A stretch of 63,498 nucleotides of DNA, filler included, from Chiloscyllium plagiosum (lineage: Eukaryota), in NCBI RefSeq assembly GCF_004010195.1. It is 4 parts of one record of this genome, joined end to end, with 100 filler letters (N's around TTAATTAATTAA, not from the genome) between each part and the next. Parts side by side here need not be neighbours in the genome. Positions count along the whole stretch, not along the records: positions 1 to 29,454 come from NC_057710.1; positions 29,555 to 55,248 come from NC_057710.1; 2 more parts are not named here. One strand, 5' to 3'. Position numbers and translations under genes: made by a program. The notes below the pieces were generated by a model. It ran no database searches. It saw only the letters and a list, made by a program, of their open reading frames with translations, and was not told where the DNA came from. Shown in pieces: positions 25,600-38,100 of the stretch; within the stretch, counting starts at the first letter, position 1; every line of letters begins with the position of its first letter.

Positions 25600-27057
25600 G
25601 CCAGAGTGTGTGCAGGCAGTGGCAGCAACAGCCTTATTGGTAGAGGAGAGTCGGAAACTTACTTTTGGGGGAGCCTTAATAGTCAGCACCCCACATCAGG
25701 TACGGACCATACTAAATCAGAAAGCAGGACGATGGCTCACAGACTCTAGGATCTTGAAATATGAGACAATCTTAACAGAACAGGATGACCTTGTGTTAGT
25801 CACAGACTGTTGCTTGAATCGAGCTGCATTTCTGTGGCGGGGAGAGGGGGTGGCCCTTGGAAATCCAGAACACGGCTGCCTTGATATTATTGAATATCAT
25901 ACTAAAGTGTGAATGGACTTAAGAGACGTACCGTTGCATGCGGGAGCTTGGTTGTTTATCAACGGGCCCTCCCGGATAATTAAGGGTAAAAGGCACAATG
26001 GATACGCTGTAGTAGACGGGATAGAGGGAAGTGTTATTGAGGCTGAAAGACTGCCTAACGGCTGCTCAGCCCAAACTTGTGAAACTCTATGCCCTAGAAA
26101 GAGCTCTCAGAACCTTAGAAAACAAAAAGGAACGATATATACAGACTCCAAATATGCGTTTGGAGTGGTACATACCTTCAGAAAAATTTGGCAAGAAAGA
26201 GGACTGATAAATAGCAGAGGAAAAGAACTAGCTCATGAGAAATTGATAACACAAGTGCTGGAATCCCTGTTACTCCCAAGAGAAATAGCGATAGTTACAT
26301 AAGAAGGGGAATGAACTGGAAGTAAGAGGAAATAGACTGACCAATGAGGTAGTTAAAGAAGCGACCCTGAGTCCACAAGGAGCAGTGATATACTCCCTAA
26401 TATCTACAATTTCAGATCTTCAGGGTGCCCCGTTGTTTACTGCAAAGGAGGAAAAAGGACTAAAAGATTTAGGAGCTGCAAAGACAGCAGATTGGCGCTG
26501 GATGTTACCCGATGGGAGGGAAATGTTGAATAAAATGATGATGCAAGAGATTATGGCTGTCCTACATCAGGGGAGTCACTGGGGAGCGCAAGCTATGTGT
26601 GACAAAGTGTTAAGGAAGTACGGATGTAAAGGGATATACACCTTAGCCAAGCAGGTATGCGCAGGATGCCCGACTTGCCAAAAGATTAATAAGGAAGTAA
26701 CAAGAGGGGAATTAGCAACTGTAGGATTCAATGATAAGTTTTTAAAGAACTATATTGTGGCGCTCGGCTCTTATTTGTCTGTCCTTAGGAAGAAGTGTCT
26801 GTTGACCCAGACACCTCCACTTGAGTTCGACAGCCGGGTGATTGGGTCCTGATCAAGACCTGGAAAGATACCAAACTACACCGGAGTTGGGAGGGACCAT
26901 TCCTAACCCTCCTGACTACTGAGACAGCTATCCGAACTGCTGAGAAAGGGTGGAGTCATCACACTCGCATTAAAGGTCCTGTGAAAGCCTCATTGGCGGA
27001 TGGCATGTTCATCCTACAGACAACCCTCTGAAGATTAAGCTAAGAAAGAAGGAATGA
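25600..27057 (+). pseudogene. pol: ERV pol remnant (tether, RNase H, partial integrase)
   Basis: AVAATALLVEESRKLTFG...AGRWLTDSRILKYE, IYTDSKYAFGVVH, HQGSHWG...CAGCPTC, WEGPFLTLLTTETAIRTAEKGWSH. RT and the integrase core are missing. Confidence 0.9.
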
Positions 27058-27214
27058 ACTGAGATAAAAGACTCTTTCACTCTTTTTAACGTTTGATGAG
27101 ATATATATATATATATTATATATAGTTATTGATTGTAAGGGCTGTGTGGACTCACCTCTCCCTGGTGCCTAAAAGATTAACACAGATAGACAGGACGGTA
27201 GGCAGGGGTCAGAG

Positions 27215-28388
27215 ATGGGCGGGTACTGGTATAGTATTGTAACGTTAGTAGTACTAACTGTTCAAGGAGGCGGGAAAAATCACTTCACTACACTATGCCA
27301 AAATTATGCTGAACAAGAGGGACTTGCCGACTGTTGGGTCTGTGCAGAGGTCCCACACCATGGCAAATCTGGGATCTCCACCTCGGTAATACCGCTCACC
27401 AAAAGAGAAGTGTACGATGTATAACAATTTGACCCGGGCTCAAATGATACAAAGTGGAGATCTGACAGGGGTAAATATAACTTTGCGGGATGGTTCCCTA
27501 GACCAGCCCCGAAAACTCTGGGTGCTATCGATTGCCTTAGAGTTTCCCCACCGAAAGGAACAGTAAATACCACCTGTTTCTGTAATCAGAATGATACCGC
27601 ACCCTTCCAATTAGGAAAATCATCTTGTGTCTACACCAGCCAAGCCACTGCCACGACCATTCCCCGAATATTAAACGGAACATATTGGGTATGCGGCCTG
27701 AAGGCCTATCCATTTATTCCCGGGGAAAAATACATTTGCGTGACCGAATGTATGGGAAACACTGCCTCAAGACCAGAAAGGCTGGAGTGGCTGCTGTTAC
27801 CTCGCTTATATAATCCCTCACCTCAGAATAGAAAAGCATGAGCCCAACCTGAGAAAGGAAGGGGGAATAAGACGTAAGACCCAAGAGGTCTTTGAAGGAG
27901 ATCGTCTGTTGTGAACACTATTCCCAAACTACGGCACTACAAGGGCAGGGGTGGAAATACAGAAACTGGCAGCTGCCCTTGAAAATTTAATTAATGATAC
28001 CATCAGCGCGATGGGAGAAACTCAATCCCAAATATCGGCCATAACCACCGAAATGATTGCCACAAGACTGACAGCTTTATAGAATCGAATAGCTTTAGAC
28101 TATCTTTTGGCCAAAAAAGGGGGAACCTGTGCTCTGATTGGTAAGGAATGTTGCACCTTCATCCCAGACACCTCTTCCATAGTGGAAGATAAGGCAGAAA
28201 TAGTAAAGAAAAAGATAAGCAACATAAGAGAACTTGGGGATGAACTCCGAAAAGATGAAGAATGGAGATGGGGTAATTGGGGACTGACTGGTTCGGGAAA
28301 ATGGTTAGTTAATTTAGGCATTTATGTATTACTAATAATAGTAGGTCTATTGATAGGGTTTAATGTGTTAAAAGTGGATAATGACTAA
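27215..28388 (+). pseudogene. env: Gamma-type env, disrupted
   Basis: Signal peptide, CWVC (CXXC), immunosuppressive domain L*NRIALDYLLA, CX6CC motif CALIGKECC and a hydrophobic TM anchor. Several stops and frameshifts. Confidence 0.9.
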
Positions 28389-28611
28389 GCTGGTAATGTC
28401 TTTGGGAGGATAACAATCAATAATGGTAATGACAATAGCACAAACGCAAGAAAGAGAGAGTAGCAGATTACTCCGAGAGTTTGAAAAAAAAAGACAGACT
28501 TAGAAGGACAGAAATGGCTAGATTGTGAACCTTGGCACCATAGGGTGAAAAGAGGGCAGAAAATAAAATTGCAAAAACAACAAATGGTTAAAGAAAAGAA
28601 ATGGGAGAAAT

Positions 28612-28864
28612 TGTTGAGAAATGGGGAAGTGTGTTGTTTTTGCAGAAATAGAAAAGCAAGAGAGTGTATGCGCAGAAAAGGAGTACAAGAAAAATATCAG
28701 CTAAGCAAGCATTAGGGAAGTGTGTCTTTATCTTTAATGAATAACTGTGGATAATTAAATACTAACTTTAGTGCAGAATTAAATAATTAAATAATAGTCT
28801 CAGCAAAAGCAAAATAGCTGAGACAGCTGAAACGCATAAACCAAGTATGAAAAGATACATTGTT
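28612..28864 (+). repeat. ERV 3' LTR (truncated by CR1), preceded by a PPT
   Basis: AAAGAAAAGAAATGGGAGAAA then TGTTGAG; near-identical to the 5' LTR. Confidence 0.9.
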
Positions 28865-29762
28865 GGTATCTTGGTTATGGAGAGGGATAGGTGCGTGCAA
28901 CAGGGTAGGTTTTACAACTGGGGGAAGGGTAATTACGATGCTGTAAGACAGGATCTGAGGAGCATAAGTTGGGAGCATAGGCTGTCGGGGAAGGATGTTG
29001 TGGAAATGTGGAACTTTTTCAAGGAACAGATACGACGTGTCCTTGATATGTATGTACCGGTCAGGCAGGAAAGAAATGGTCGTGTGAGGGAACCTTGGTT
29101 GACGAGGGAGGTTGAATGTCTTGTAAAGAGGAAGAAGGAGGCTTACATAAGGTTGAGGAAACAGGGTTCAGACAGAGCAGTGGAGGGATACAGGATAGCC
29201 AGAAGGAACCTGAAGAAAGGGATTAGGAGAGCCAAGAGAGGGCATGAAAAATCTCTGGCGGATAGGATCAAGGATAACCCAAAGGCATTTTATGCGTATG
29301 TGAGAAACATGAGAATGACGAGAACAAGGGTAGGTCTAATCAAGGACAGTAGTGGGAGACTGTGCATTGAGTCGGAAGAGATAGGAGAGGTCTTGAATGA
29401 GTACTTTTCTTCAGTACTTACAAACGAGAGGGACCGTATTGTTGAAGAGGAGAGNNNNNNNNNNNNNNNNNNNNNNNNNNNNNNNNNNNNNNNNNNNNTT
29501 AATTAATTAANNNNNNNNNNNNNNNNNNNNNNNNNNNNNNNNNNNNNNNNNNNNTTCTTTACTCAGCGATTCGTGAGTTCATGGAATGCCCTGTCAGTAG
29601 CAGTGGTGGACTCTCCCTCTTTATGGGCATTTAAGCGGGCATTGGATAGGCATATGGAGGATAGTGGGTTAGTATAGGTTAGGTGGGCTTGGATCGGCGC
29701 AACATCGAGGGCCAAAGGGCCTGTACTGCGCTGTATTCTTCTATGTTCTATGTTCTATGTTC
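28865..29762 (+). mobile_element. Young CR1 LINE spanning a gap, with (TTCTATG)n tail
   Basis: Uninterrupted ORF2 frame (IKDNPKAFYAYVRN...LNEYFSSV), 3' hairpin and heptamer tail. Confidence 0.9.
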
Positions 29763-29985
29763 TGACACAGGGTAAACCCCTCTGCTAATTTAAACCAGCC
29801 ATACAGAAAAGACTCACCCCTTGCTTTAATCTGTCAAAACTTGAGAGGCAAAGAACTATCCCCAAAGTCACTATTTAAAGTACAAAAAATTTAAGAACTT
29901 TATTCTTTCAGTCTAACAGAGAATATTAACTAACAACGATTGACAACTCCTTTCTCTTAATCTGTCTTTTACCTCTCCCTCTACA
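29763..29985 (-). mobile_element. Gmr1-like LTR fragment
   Basis: Aligns by eye with 37693-37890 (TGACACAG.GTAAACC...ATTAACTAACAAC). Confidence 0.75.
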
Positions 29986-30815
29986 GGGCCAAGAAGAAGA
30001 GATACCGAGTCCATCTCTAACTCTGACCTCAAGACCCTCTCTATTTTGCCTACCACACTGCCCACAGCCTGACACAGGACCAGAGACAATGAGTGAGCAT
30101 ACCCATTTTGTATTTAGGACACGTTGGAGACACTCCCACTTTAAATTTTGAAAGGTGGCCTGGAGCCAAGTGTTGATTTGGAGATGCCGGTGTTGGACTG
30201 ATTTACACATGAAAGAAGCGAAACTATCACTGTATTCTAACAGATGAAAGGCTTTACAGACAATCAATTTTTCAATGTATAATTTCAGTTAAATCATACT
30301 GCAAATTTTTGCTATAAATTCTGTGTTACGATTGAGCCCTCCACTATCACCTGATGAAGGAGCGTCGCTCTGAAAGCTAGTGTGCTTCCAATTAAACCTG
30401 TTGGACTATAACCTGGTGTTGTGTGATTTTTAACTTGGAGCCAAGTGAACTCTGTGGAGAATTTTCAATTGCTAGGCATGGGTCCTGTTGCAAATCAAGA
30501 TCCTCCTTGCATCTTCCCAGATACCTTCCATACCTCAGAAGAGATCTCAACGTCCAGCTCCCTTTCCCATACCTCACAGAGCCGTTCAGACTTGTCTGAG
30601 GGACTCTCTCCCAATAGGTGATACACATCATTGACAGAAAGCATGTTCTCAGCACTCAGCATCCATTTCTCCATGTCAGATCGATAAGAATCAGTTAGAA
30701 GTGTGGTCTGTTTTTGAATGAAATTGCTAATTTGAAAAAATTGTAAGAGGTCCCTATTGTATATCTGAGCCAACTGGTCAGTATATCCCCCTCAAATAAG
30801 TCACCCAGGTAGGAC
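29986..30815 (-). mobile_element. L1 ORF2 C-terminal fragment
   Basis: DLLQFFQISNFI...VWERELD...LKILHRVHLAP|GHLSKFKVGVSPTCPK...THCLWSC. Confidence 0.85.
30173..30435. mobile_element. Penelope-derived short element with family B hammerhead (30348-30382, +)
   Basis: Perfect 12-bp TSD TGGAGCCAAGTG (30161-30172, 30436-30447); cacCTGATGAaggagcgtcgctctGAAAGCTAgtg. Confidence 0.82.
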
Positions 30816-31149
30816 ATCACTGTGCTTCCTTACTGTGTCAGCTTAAGTGCCACTGTCTTCTCTCTGATACCTCACACTTATTTCAATACCTGACAATGTA
30901 GGTATCTCCAGAAAACCAATGCTCTGCAAATCTTATGAATGACTGCAACATCTTCCCCAGCTGAATGTCCCTCACACAACACCTGAAGCCACTAACCCTG
31001 CACATTCTCTGTGTACCTAATTATTAATTCAGAAAACAGACCTCAATAGGGCAGAGAAAATCAAGGCAGGTAATGGACTGCCAGATATTCATCTCATCCC
31101 TTACATAGAATAGAATATCCTTTATTGTCAAATTTACTGCATTGTAGAA

Positions 31150-32035
31150 TGTTATAAAACAGAGGTTGACCCCCCTGAGAATTAAAACTGAAACACCCAA
31201 AGAGGCGCACCTTGCCCTATACTCTGTAAAAAAGAGTGTGAAAAATAGTGTAACCTGCTTTTCTGCAACTCCTAGTATTTAAATAAAATAAATCCCTGAT
31301 ACTAGTTTAAAATCAACAAGTAACAATTTATTTATCTAACTCTAACTATGAACAAGTTAAGTAAACTATTAACAAACAAAATAAATCATTTCTAACTACT
31401 ATTTCTAAATAAATATTCTAATGGTATGCTGTTCCAAGAATTGCATGTCCCGCTCTATATACAAAAAAAAGAATTTAGTCTCTCGAATTTATATCCAGTT
31501 TAAATATCTTCTGAAATGTCTCCTGAAATGTTCTGTGTCTTCTCTATTGATTCTTCTGTCAGGAATGCCTTCTGTCGTTGATACCATTATATTTAGATAA
31601 TGCTTTCTCTAAGACATGGATGAGGCTGTGAAAACAAATGATTCTCCCTCGAAAGCTGAGGCCAATAGCTCCGGTGGATGGCAGCTAGCTCTGGGGTCTT
31701 TGTCCAACTGCCCATTCTTTTATATCCTTGATGACATATCAATATTTCTTACAATAGGATTAGTCCTATGTTGTCTTACAGTAGGATTGGTCCTCTGATT
31801 TAATTCAATAGGTTTTTGGTATCTAAGTGTCTGGTTCAAATTGATTGGCTAAATTCAAAAGCCTGTTGTCTTGGTAAAAACTGCTGCTTGGCTTGCTAAC
31901 TGTACGACCTTATGATACAAATGTTTCAGTTCAGGCTCTTTGTGTATCTGCAAATGTTCGAGCTGCTACTCACAGACACCAAAAAAACACCATCTTTTAA
32001 AGGGACCATGCAAAGCTCCCCGCCCCTCCCTTAGC
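31150..32035 (-). mobile_element. Gypsy-type LTR (probably 3' LTR) with adjacent PPT
   Basis: TGTTATA end and blocks shared with LTR 37688-38372 (AAACTGATTGG-like, TTTTAAAGG). CCCCGCCCCTCCCTT is a purine tract on -. Confidence 0.65.
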
Positions 32036-32399
32036 ATTTTACAATTTTACAAACACCAAATTCCACCTTCCTTCCAAACTGCAATTGCTCTACCCAACTT
32101 TGCAACAAGAATTACAGTGACAAGATTTTACAATGTCTGCCTCTTATGGCTCCATCTCAGGTACAAGTACCTAGGTACAAATCTTGGAATTAAAAAAAAA
32201 GTAATTGCATTACTTTACAGAGTTTTAAAAATAGGTTAGAAATAGGCTGTTATTAAAGGATTAACATTACAGTCATGTAAAAAATTTCACATAGACATAA
32301 TTGTAGCAGCTCAGTGCAGGGCTTCTGCACGTGTTCTGACAGCCTGCGCCAGACCCCAGTCCAACAGTGGTCCTCACTCCACTCCAGGGCTCCAGACCA

Positions 32400-33790
32400 T
32401 GCCATACCGGCACTCAGCTGCTCCCAGCTAGGTTCTAGGATTGCTTCTCCCACACTGATCCCTGCCTGGAACTCACTGCCCATGCTGCTCTGGGATACCC
32501 TTTTCTTACACTGCTCTGGGATTCCCTGCCTGCATGCTTCACTGGAATTCACTACCTGCACTTCTACAGGGCAGCTTCCCCAAGTGCTGGTCTGGGACTC
32601 ACAGTCCTCACTGCTCTAGGAGTTGCTGCCTGCATGCTGCTCCATGGCTCACTGCCCACATTGCTCTGGAGCTTACTGCCCTCGCTGCTCCGAGGTTCAC
32701 TGACTGCGCTACTCCAGGGCTGTTTCTCCACTGGTTGCTCCAGGACTCACTGCCTCTCTACTCTGGGACTCGATGCTCACGTGCTGCTCCAGGCTCACTG
32801 CCCATGCGCTGCTCTGGCACTCACTTCCCTCACACTGCTCTGGGACTCCCTGCCCGTGTGCTTCTCCAGGACTCACTGCCCGCACTTCTCCAGGGCAGCT
32901 TCACTAAATGCTGTTCTGGGACTCATAGCCTTCGCTGCTGTGGAATCGCTGCCCACATGCTGCTCCAGGGCTCACCATGTGCACTGTGCTCCGGGGCCTG
33001 CTACCCTCACTGCTCTGCGACTCGCTGCCAATCTGTTCCAAGGCTGCTTCCTCACTCGCTGCTCCAGGACTCTTTGCCCCACTGCTCTGGAGCTCACTGC
33101 CTGTGCTGCTCCGAGGCTGCTTCCCCACATGCAGTTGCAGGGCTCGCTGCCCACTTGTTGCTCCAGGGCTCACTGCCCATGCGCTGCTCTGGCACTCGCT
33201 TCCCTCACACTGCTTTGAGACTCCCTGCCCGCATGCTTCTCTGGGACTCTCTGCCCGCACTGCACCAGGGCAGCTTCCAGACGTACTGCTCTGGGACTCG
33301 CAGCAAGCACGCTTCTCCAGGGCTTGCTGCTGAGCTGCTTCAGGGCAGCTTCCCTGCGTGCAGTTCCAGGGCTCGCTTCCCATGTGCTGCACTGGGGCGT
33401 GCTGCTCTGGGACTCCCGGCCCATGTGCTTTACAAGGTCACTGCCCATGTGCTGTTCCAGGGCTCACTGCCAACGTGCTGATCTGGGACTCGCTTCCTTC
33501 ACACTGCTCTGGGACTCCCTGCCCGCGTGCTTCTCCGGGACTCACCAGCTCCAGGGCAGCTTTCCCATGTGCTGCTCTGTGTTTCTCAGCCCATGTGCTG
33601 TTGCGGAGCTCTCTGCCCTCATTGCTCTGGGACTCACTGTCTGCGCTGCTCTGGAGCTGCTTCCCCATGCACTGTACCAGGGCTCGCTGCCCGTGTTGTT
33701 TCGGGACCCACAGCCCACGCACTGCATTAGGGCTCACTGCCCTCACTGCTCTGGGACTCTGCCTGCGCTTGCGCTGCTCCAGAATTTGCC
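32400..33790. repeat. Degenerate GC-rich minisatellite (~22-24 bp, CTGCTCTGGGACTCACTGCCC-like)
   Basis: Dozens of diverged copies that generate overlapping Cys/Leu-rich ORFs on both strands. Confidence 0.9.
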
Positions 33791-34619
33791 CCTGCAGCTA
33801 AGGGGAGAGAAAACGACAAGAAAAAAGGGGGAAAAAAAGGTTGAAAAAGAACAAGTGGAGCAGAGGAATTCCAGTAGGAGTGTCTTATCCTGCTGTTAGT
33901 TTGCCGATAAAATTGACACAGTCATGACTCCACCTGCCCTGAATGACTGACTGATTGTTTCCAAGTACCTGGACTGATATGGGATATTGCATTGATTTAC
34001 TGTAGCAGGAAATCCCTGACTGAAGAGTCTCTCCCATGACTTGTCTAAGGCTTGCTAACAACCAAGCAAGCTTCCTGCCTTTCTGTCTGCGACAAATGAC
34101 AAGACAAGACAGAAATAATGTGAGCCCGCTATTTCTGATGGTGTTGGCAAAGTGTAAAAGCAATGGAAGACAAGGATATTGTGAGCATTCAGATAGACTC
34201 AAGAGTGAGTGAGTGCTATCATAAAGAGCAAAGAGCCCAGAGACAAAGCCTAATCCAATTCATGAGCTGGGTGCATGTCTTTGAGTGAATGGTGCCTTTG
34301 CTGCAGCAACACAGTGATGGTTGCTGGGGGTTCCAATGTACAGTACTGAAGTGAAGAAGCACCCTTAAAGCGGATCAGAGATATTCCCTGAGAATTGCTA
34401 GAGATTGGCATATGTTGGAGGCCGTTCTCGGTGAATGTGGGGTGCATGGGGCCAGTGCCGCTAGAGCATGCCCTGAGATGTTGACGAACATGGAGATCCT
34501 TTGGAGTAAGCGGTAAGCTGAATTCACCAGTAACTGCTCTGAATTTTGAGCTTTGTCAATGTCTACCTTGTTTGGTGTATTTGATAAGATAAGCAGCTAA
34601 GGGGAATTTATCCTTTAAG

Positions 34620-35182
34620 ATTATTCTTTTCTAAATAGTTATAAATCCTATTTCTTATAACCTTTTCCAACACTTTACCAACAACTGAAGTGAGACTCAC
34701 TGGTCTGTAATTACCAGGGTTGTCTGTACTACCCTTTTTGAACAATTAGCTATTTGCTATCCTCCAGTCCTCAGGCACTATTCCTGTAGACAATGATGAT
34801 TTGAAGATCAATGCCAAAGGCTCGGCAATCTCTTCCCTTGCGTCCCGGAGGATCCTAGGATTGATCCCATCTGGCCCAGGGGACTTGTCTATTTTCACAC
34901 TCTGCAGTATTTCTAATACCTCTTCCTTGTGAATCTGTATCTTCCTCGCCAATATTTTCATTTCCTATAGTGTGCACTGCCGAAAAATATTTATTTAGTG
35001 CTTCCCCTATCTCCTCTGACTCCATACACATCTTTCTACTATTATCCTTGATTGGTCCTAATTTAACTCTCATCATTCTTTTATTCGTGACATACCTATG
35101 GAAAACCTTAGGGTTAACCCTGATCCTATCCACCAAAAACTTCTCGTGCCTCCTCCTGGCTCTTCTGAGCTCTCTTTTTAGG
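34620..35182 (-). mobile_element. CR1 ORF2 fragment
   Basis: KSPGPDGINPRIL...VPEDWRIAN. Confidence 0.88.
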
Positions 35183-38100
35183 TCAATTATAACATGCATG
35201 AAAAGTTCTTCAAATGCAGGAATTGGCAACAAAGGTGTTGGTTTTATTACCGCCTGTGGCTTACCTACCATTTGGCATGTATGACGCATACAGCAAGAGT
35301 TAACCACATCCTTGTGCATTCCAGGCCATTAAAAATGTTTTTGTACCTTAGTCTGAGTCTTTCGTACCCCTAGGTGACCTCCTACAGGTAGTTCATGGGC
35401 TACTTGTAACACCGCCTGTCTGTATGCTACTGGCAATACAATCTGGTGAACGTCAGCTCGTTTCTCCTCTCCATTAACCTGCCGTGGTCTCCATTTCCAT
35501 CTTAAGATTCTATCTTTCAGGTAACAACCCTCCAGAATATTGTCTGCCTATTTTTAAGAGTATGCATCCACATATATATCTTCTATCGTCTTGTCTTGCT
35601 GTTGCAAGTCTCTTAGCCTTTCAGGACTAAACACTTCTGTCTGACCCTCTGCCTGTTCAGGTTTTTCCTGCACCATTACATCAAACAGGGTATCCACTAA
35701 CTAAACCTTAACTCCTTATCTTTCTCTTTACCTTTCACTTCATGCAGTGACTTATGGTAGTAGGATATGGTTACCACACAGTCTGGGAAAATATCAGGAT
35801 ATTTCTGTTTTAACCCCTCAGTTTCTTGGTCTTCCTTGGGCTTCTCCACAACATGGGGTGTCATTCCCATCTTGGACCCTGCCAAATTATTCCCAAGAAC
35901 AAACTGAATTCCTAGAACTGACACTCTGTCAATCACTCCTACTGTAATTTTCCCAATCTTGAGTTGGCACTCCAACCTGATCTTACACAGGGGAACACTA
36001 AATTTCTGTCCATCTATCCCATAAATTACCACACTTTTGGGTAACAGATCAGAAAGAGTGCATATTCACTCATGCCTTACTATCAGCAACTGGTTAGATC
36101 CTATATCTCTCAAAATTCGAGTCCTTCTCCCCCTGTTCTTTCTGAGTAAACTTTACGCACAGCAACAAATTATTTGTAGAGATCAGGTACTGATTCCATT
36201 ACCCAGCCCCTGCCTAGGCTGTGCACTCTCCTGCAGATCCTCACCTGTTCTTGGGGTCTCCTTTACTACCTTCACTAACGCCACTGGCTTAGCTTCTTTT
36301 CTCACATCTTTTCCCACAGTGCCTTTCTTTAACTGTGACTTTATGGGTCCCACTTTACAACAGTGGAAATACCTGAGGCCCTTCATCTCCTTTCCACCCT
36401 CTTGGGCTTCTTTTTTATTCTGTGGTAAATTCATACCAGCATTCTCTACTCTTGGTTTCCTAGTGGTTATCTCCCGTTCTCCCCCTTCTATCCATCACAG
36501 GATGAAAATCTGGTCAAAAGCTTGTCTTATGCACCAACATGTACTCATCAGCTAATCTGCTGCCCTTTTCACTTCCTGAACTTTCTGTGCCTCCACGTGA
36601 ATTCTTCCCATCTCTGGAAGTGGGTTTTCAGAATAAGCTCTCTTAAAGCCTCAAAGGTCCTATCTATTTTCAAAGCATGCACCCATCAATCAAAATGACT
36701 CTTTAATTCTTTCGAACTCAGCATAAGTCTGACCTGGTTCCCTCTTTGTGTTTTGAACCGCTGTTTATATACCTCTGATAACAATTCATAAGCACTTAAA
36801 ATAGCCTGTTTAATCTCTTCATAATCTCTTGACCCCTCATCTGACAGTGCGGCAAATACCTCACTAGCTCTGTCTGCCAGTTTATTCTGAACTAGCATTA
36901 CTTTTAAATCCTCAGATAAGTCTATTGGCTGGTTAATTTTTCAAATGAAATAAAGAAGGCTTCAACATCTTTCTCATCAAAATGTGGCAGAGTTTTGACA
37001 TTTATATATATCATCACCTTTTTTTTAATCTCCATCCTGTTAACTTGACTTTGCTTACTAAGTCACAACTTCTCAAGTTCAAATTCTCTTTCTTTTTGCT
37101 TAGCTAAGAACATTCTGTCTCTTTCTTTTTCCTCTTTCTCTTTCTCTCTCTCTCTCTCTTTCTCTTTCTTCCCTCTGTCTTTGCTCAGCCAAGAACCTTC
37201 TCCCTCTTGTTCCTCTCTCTCTCTTTTTCTCTCCCTCTTTCTTTCCTGTCCTCTTTTTGTTTATCTTCTCACTCCATTTTCCTCAATAGTAATTTAAGTT
37301 TTTCTACCTCTACTGCACTTGTCTGTTTCTCTGATACACCTAAGTGTTTGAGTAATTCCCTTACAATTTCAGCTTTACTTTTGTTCTTGTTTAAACCCAA
37401 ATCTAATTTATTTGCTAATTCTAAAATTATGGCTTTTTTTCTTTCCTTCGAAACCTTCTTGGCAAATTTGAGAATCATCTTCAAATCAAACTTCTTTAGT
37501 AATTTTACTCTCTTTTACTTTAATTAACCACAAGTCACCGAAATTAAACAAATTGCCTCACTTACGTTTTATTCAAAGATCTAGGACACTAACCTGCAAG
37601 TGTTCAAATCTGCTGGGATTTTTCGTACCCACAAGTCTATTCAAATCTGTCTAAACCAGTTAATATCCCAACGACGAGCCCCCAAACTGTTATGACACAG
37701 AGTAAACCTTCCTGCTTAATTTAAACTAGCAACACAGAAAAGATTTATCCCATACAGTAATCTGTGAAAATTTGAGAGTCAAGAACTACTTAAAGTAAAA
37801 ATTAACAACTTTATTTCTTACAGTATAACAGAGAATAATTAACTAACAACTATTTACAATTCCTTCCTCTAACCTATCTTTTATTTTCCCCGCTTCCATA
37901 TTGGTCCAATAAAAATCCCGATTGAGATTTTCAAAACAAAACTTTTTATCTCAAACCCAGGCTGCTTTTAGTTCTTCTCTGTAATCCTGTCTTCTTTTCT
38001 TCTTCTTAGGGATTCTGCTTCACAGATTACTTATCAATACAGGTACTTTAAGAGAGCTATTTTTCAGGCAGTTTTTACATGCTGGTGGCATGGTAGTTCT

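Larger units (their letters stand above)
22116..28864 (+). mobile_element. Class I (HERV-I-like) endogenous retrovirus, internally deleted
   Basis: Two LTRs, PBS, gag/pro/RNase H/IN remnants, gamma-type env and PPT. Confidence 0.93.

Noticed and set aside
27215..28388. Domesticated (syncytin-like) env
   Set aside because: Multiple stops and frameshifts, including within the immunosuppressive domain.
28847..29506. 219-aa ORF starting in the ERV LTR
   Set aside because: It is CR1 ORF2 with an incidental LTR-derived ATG, and it ends in a gap.
29499..29510. TTAATTAATTAA in the middle of 100-bp gaps (also 55293-55304 and 59358-59369)
   Set aside because: Identical and centred in N-runs, so it is an artificial scaffolding spacer and not biology.
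32534..33899. Cys/Leu-rich ORFs up to 315 aa (keratin-associated or metallothionein-like appearance)
   Set aside because: Several frames on both strands are open, a by-product of a GC-rich minisatellite.
34855..35319. 154-aa integrase-CR1 fusion ORF
   Set aside because: Chance in-frame junction between two decayed elements at about 35182.
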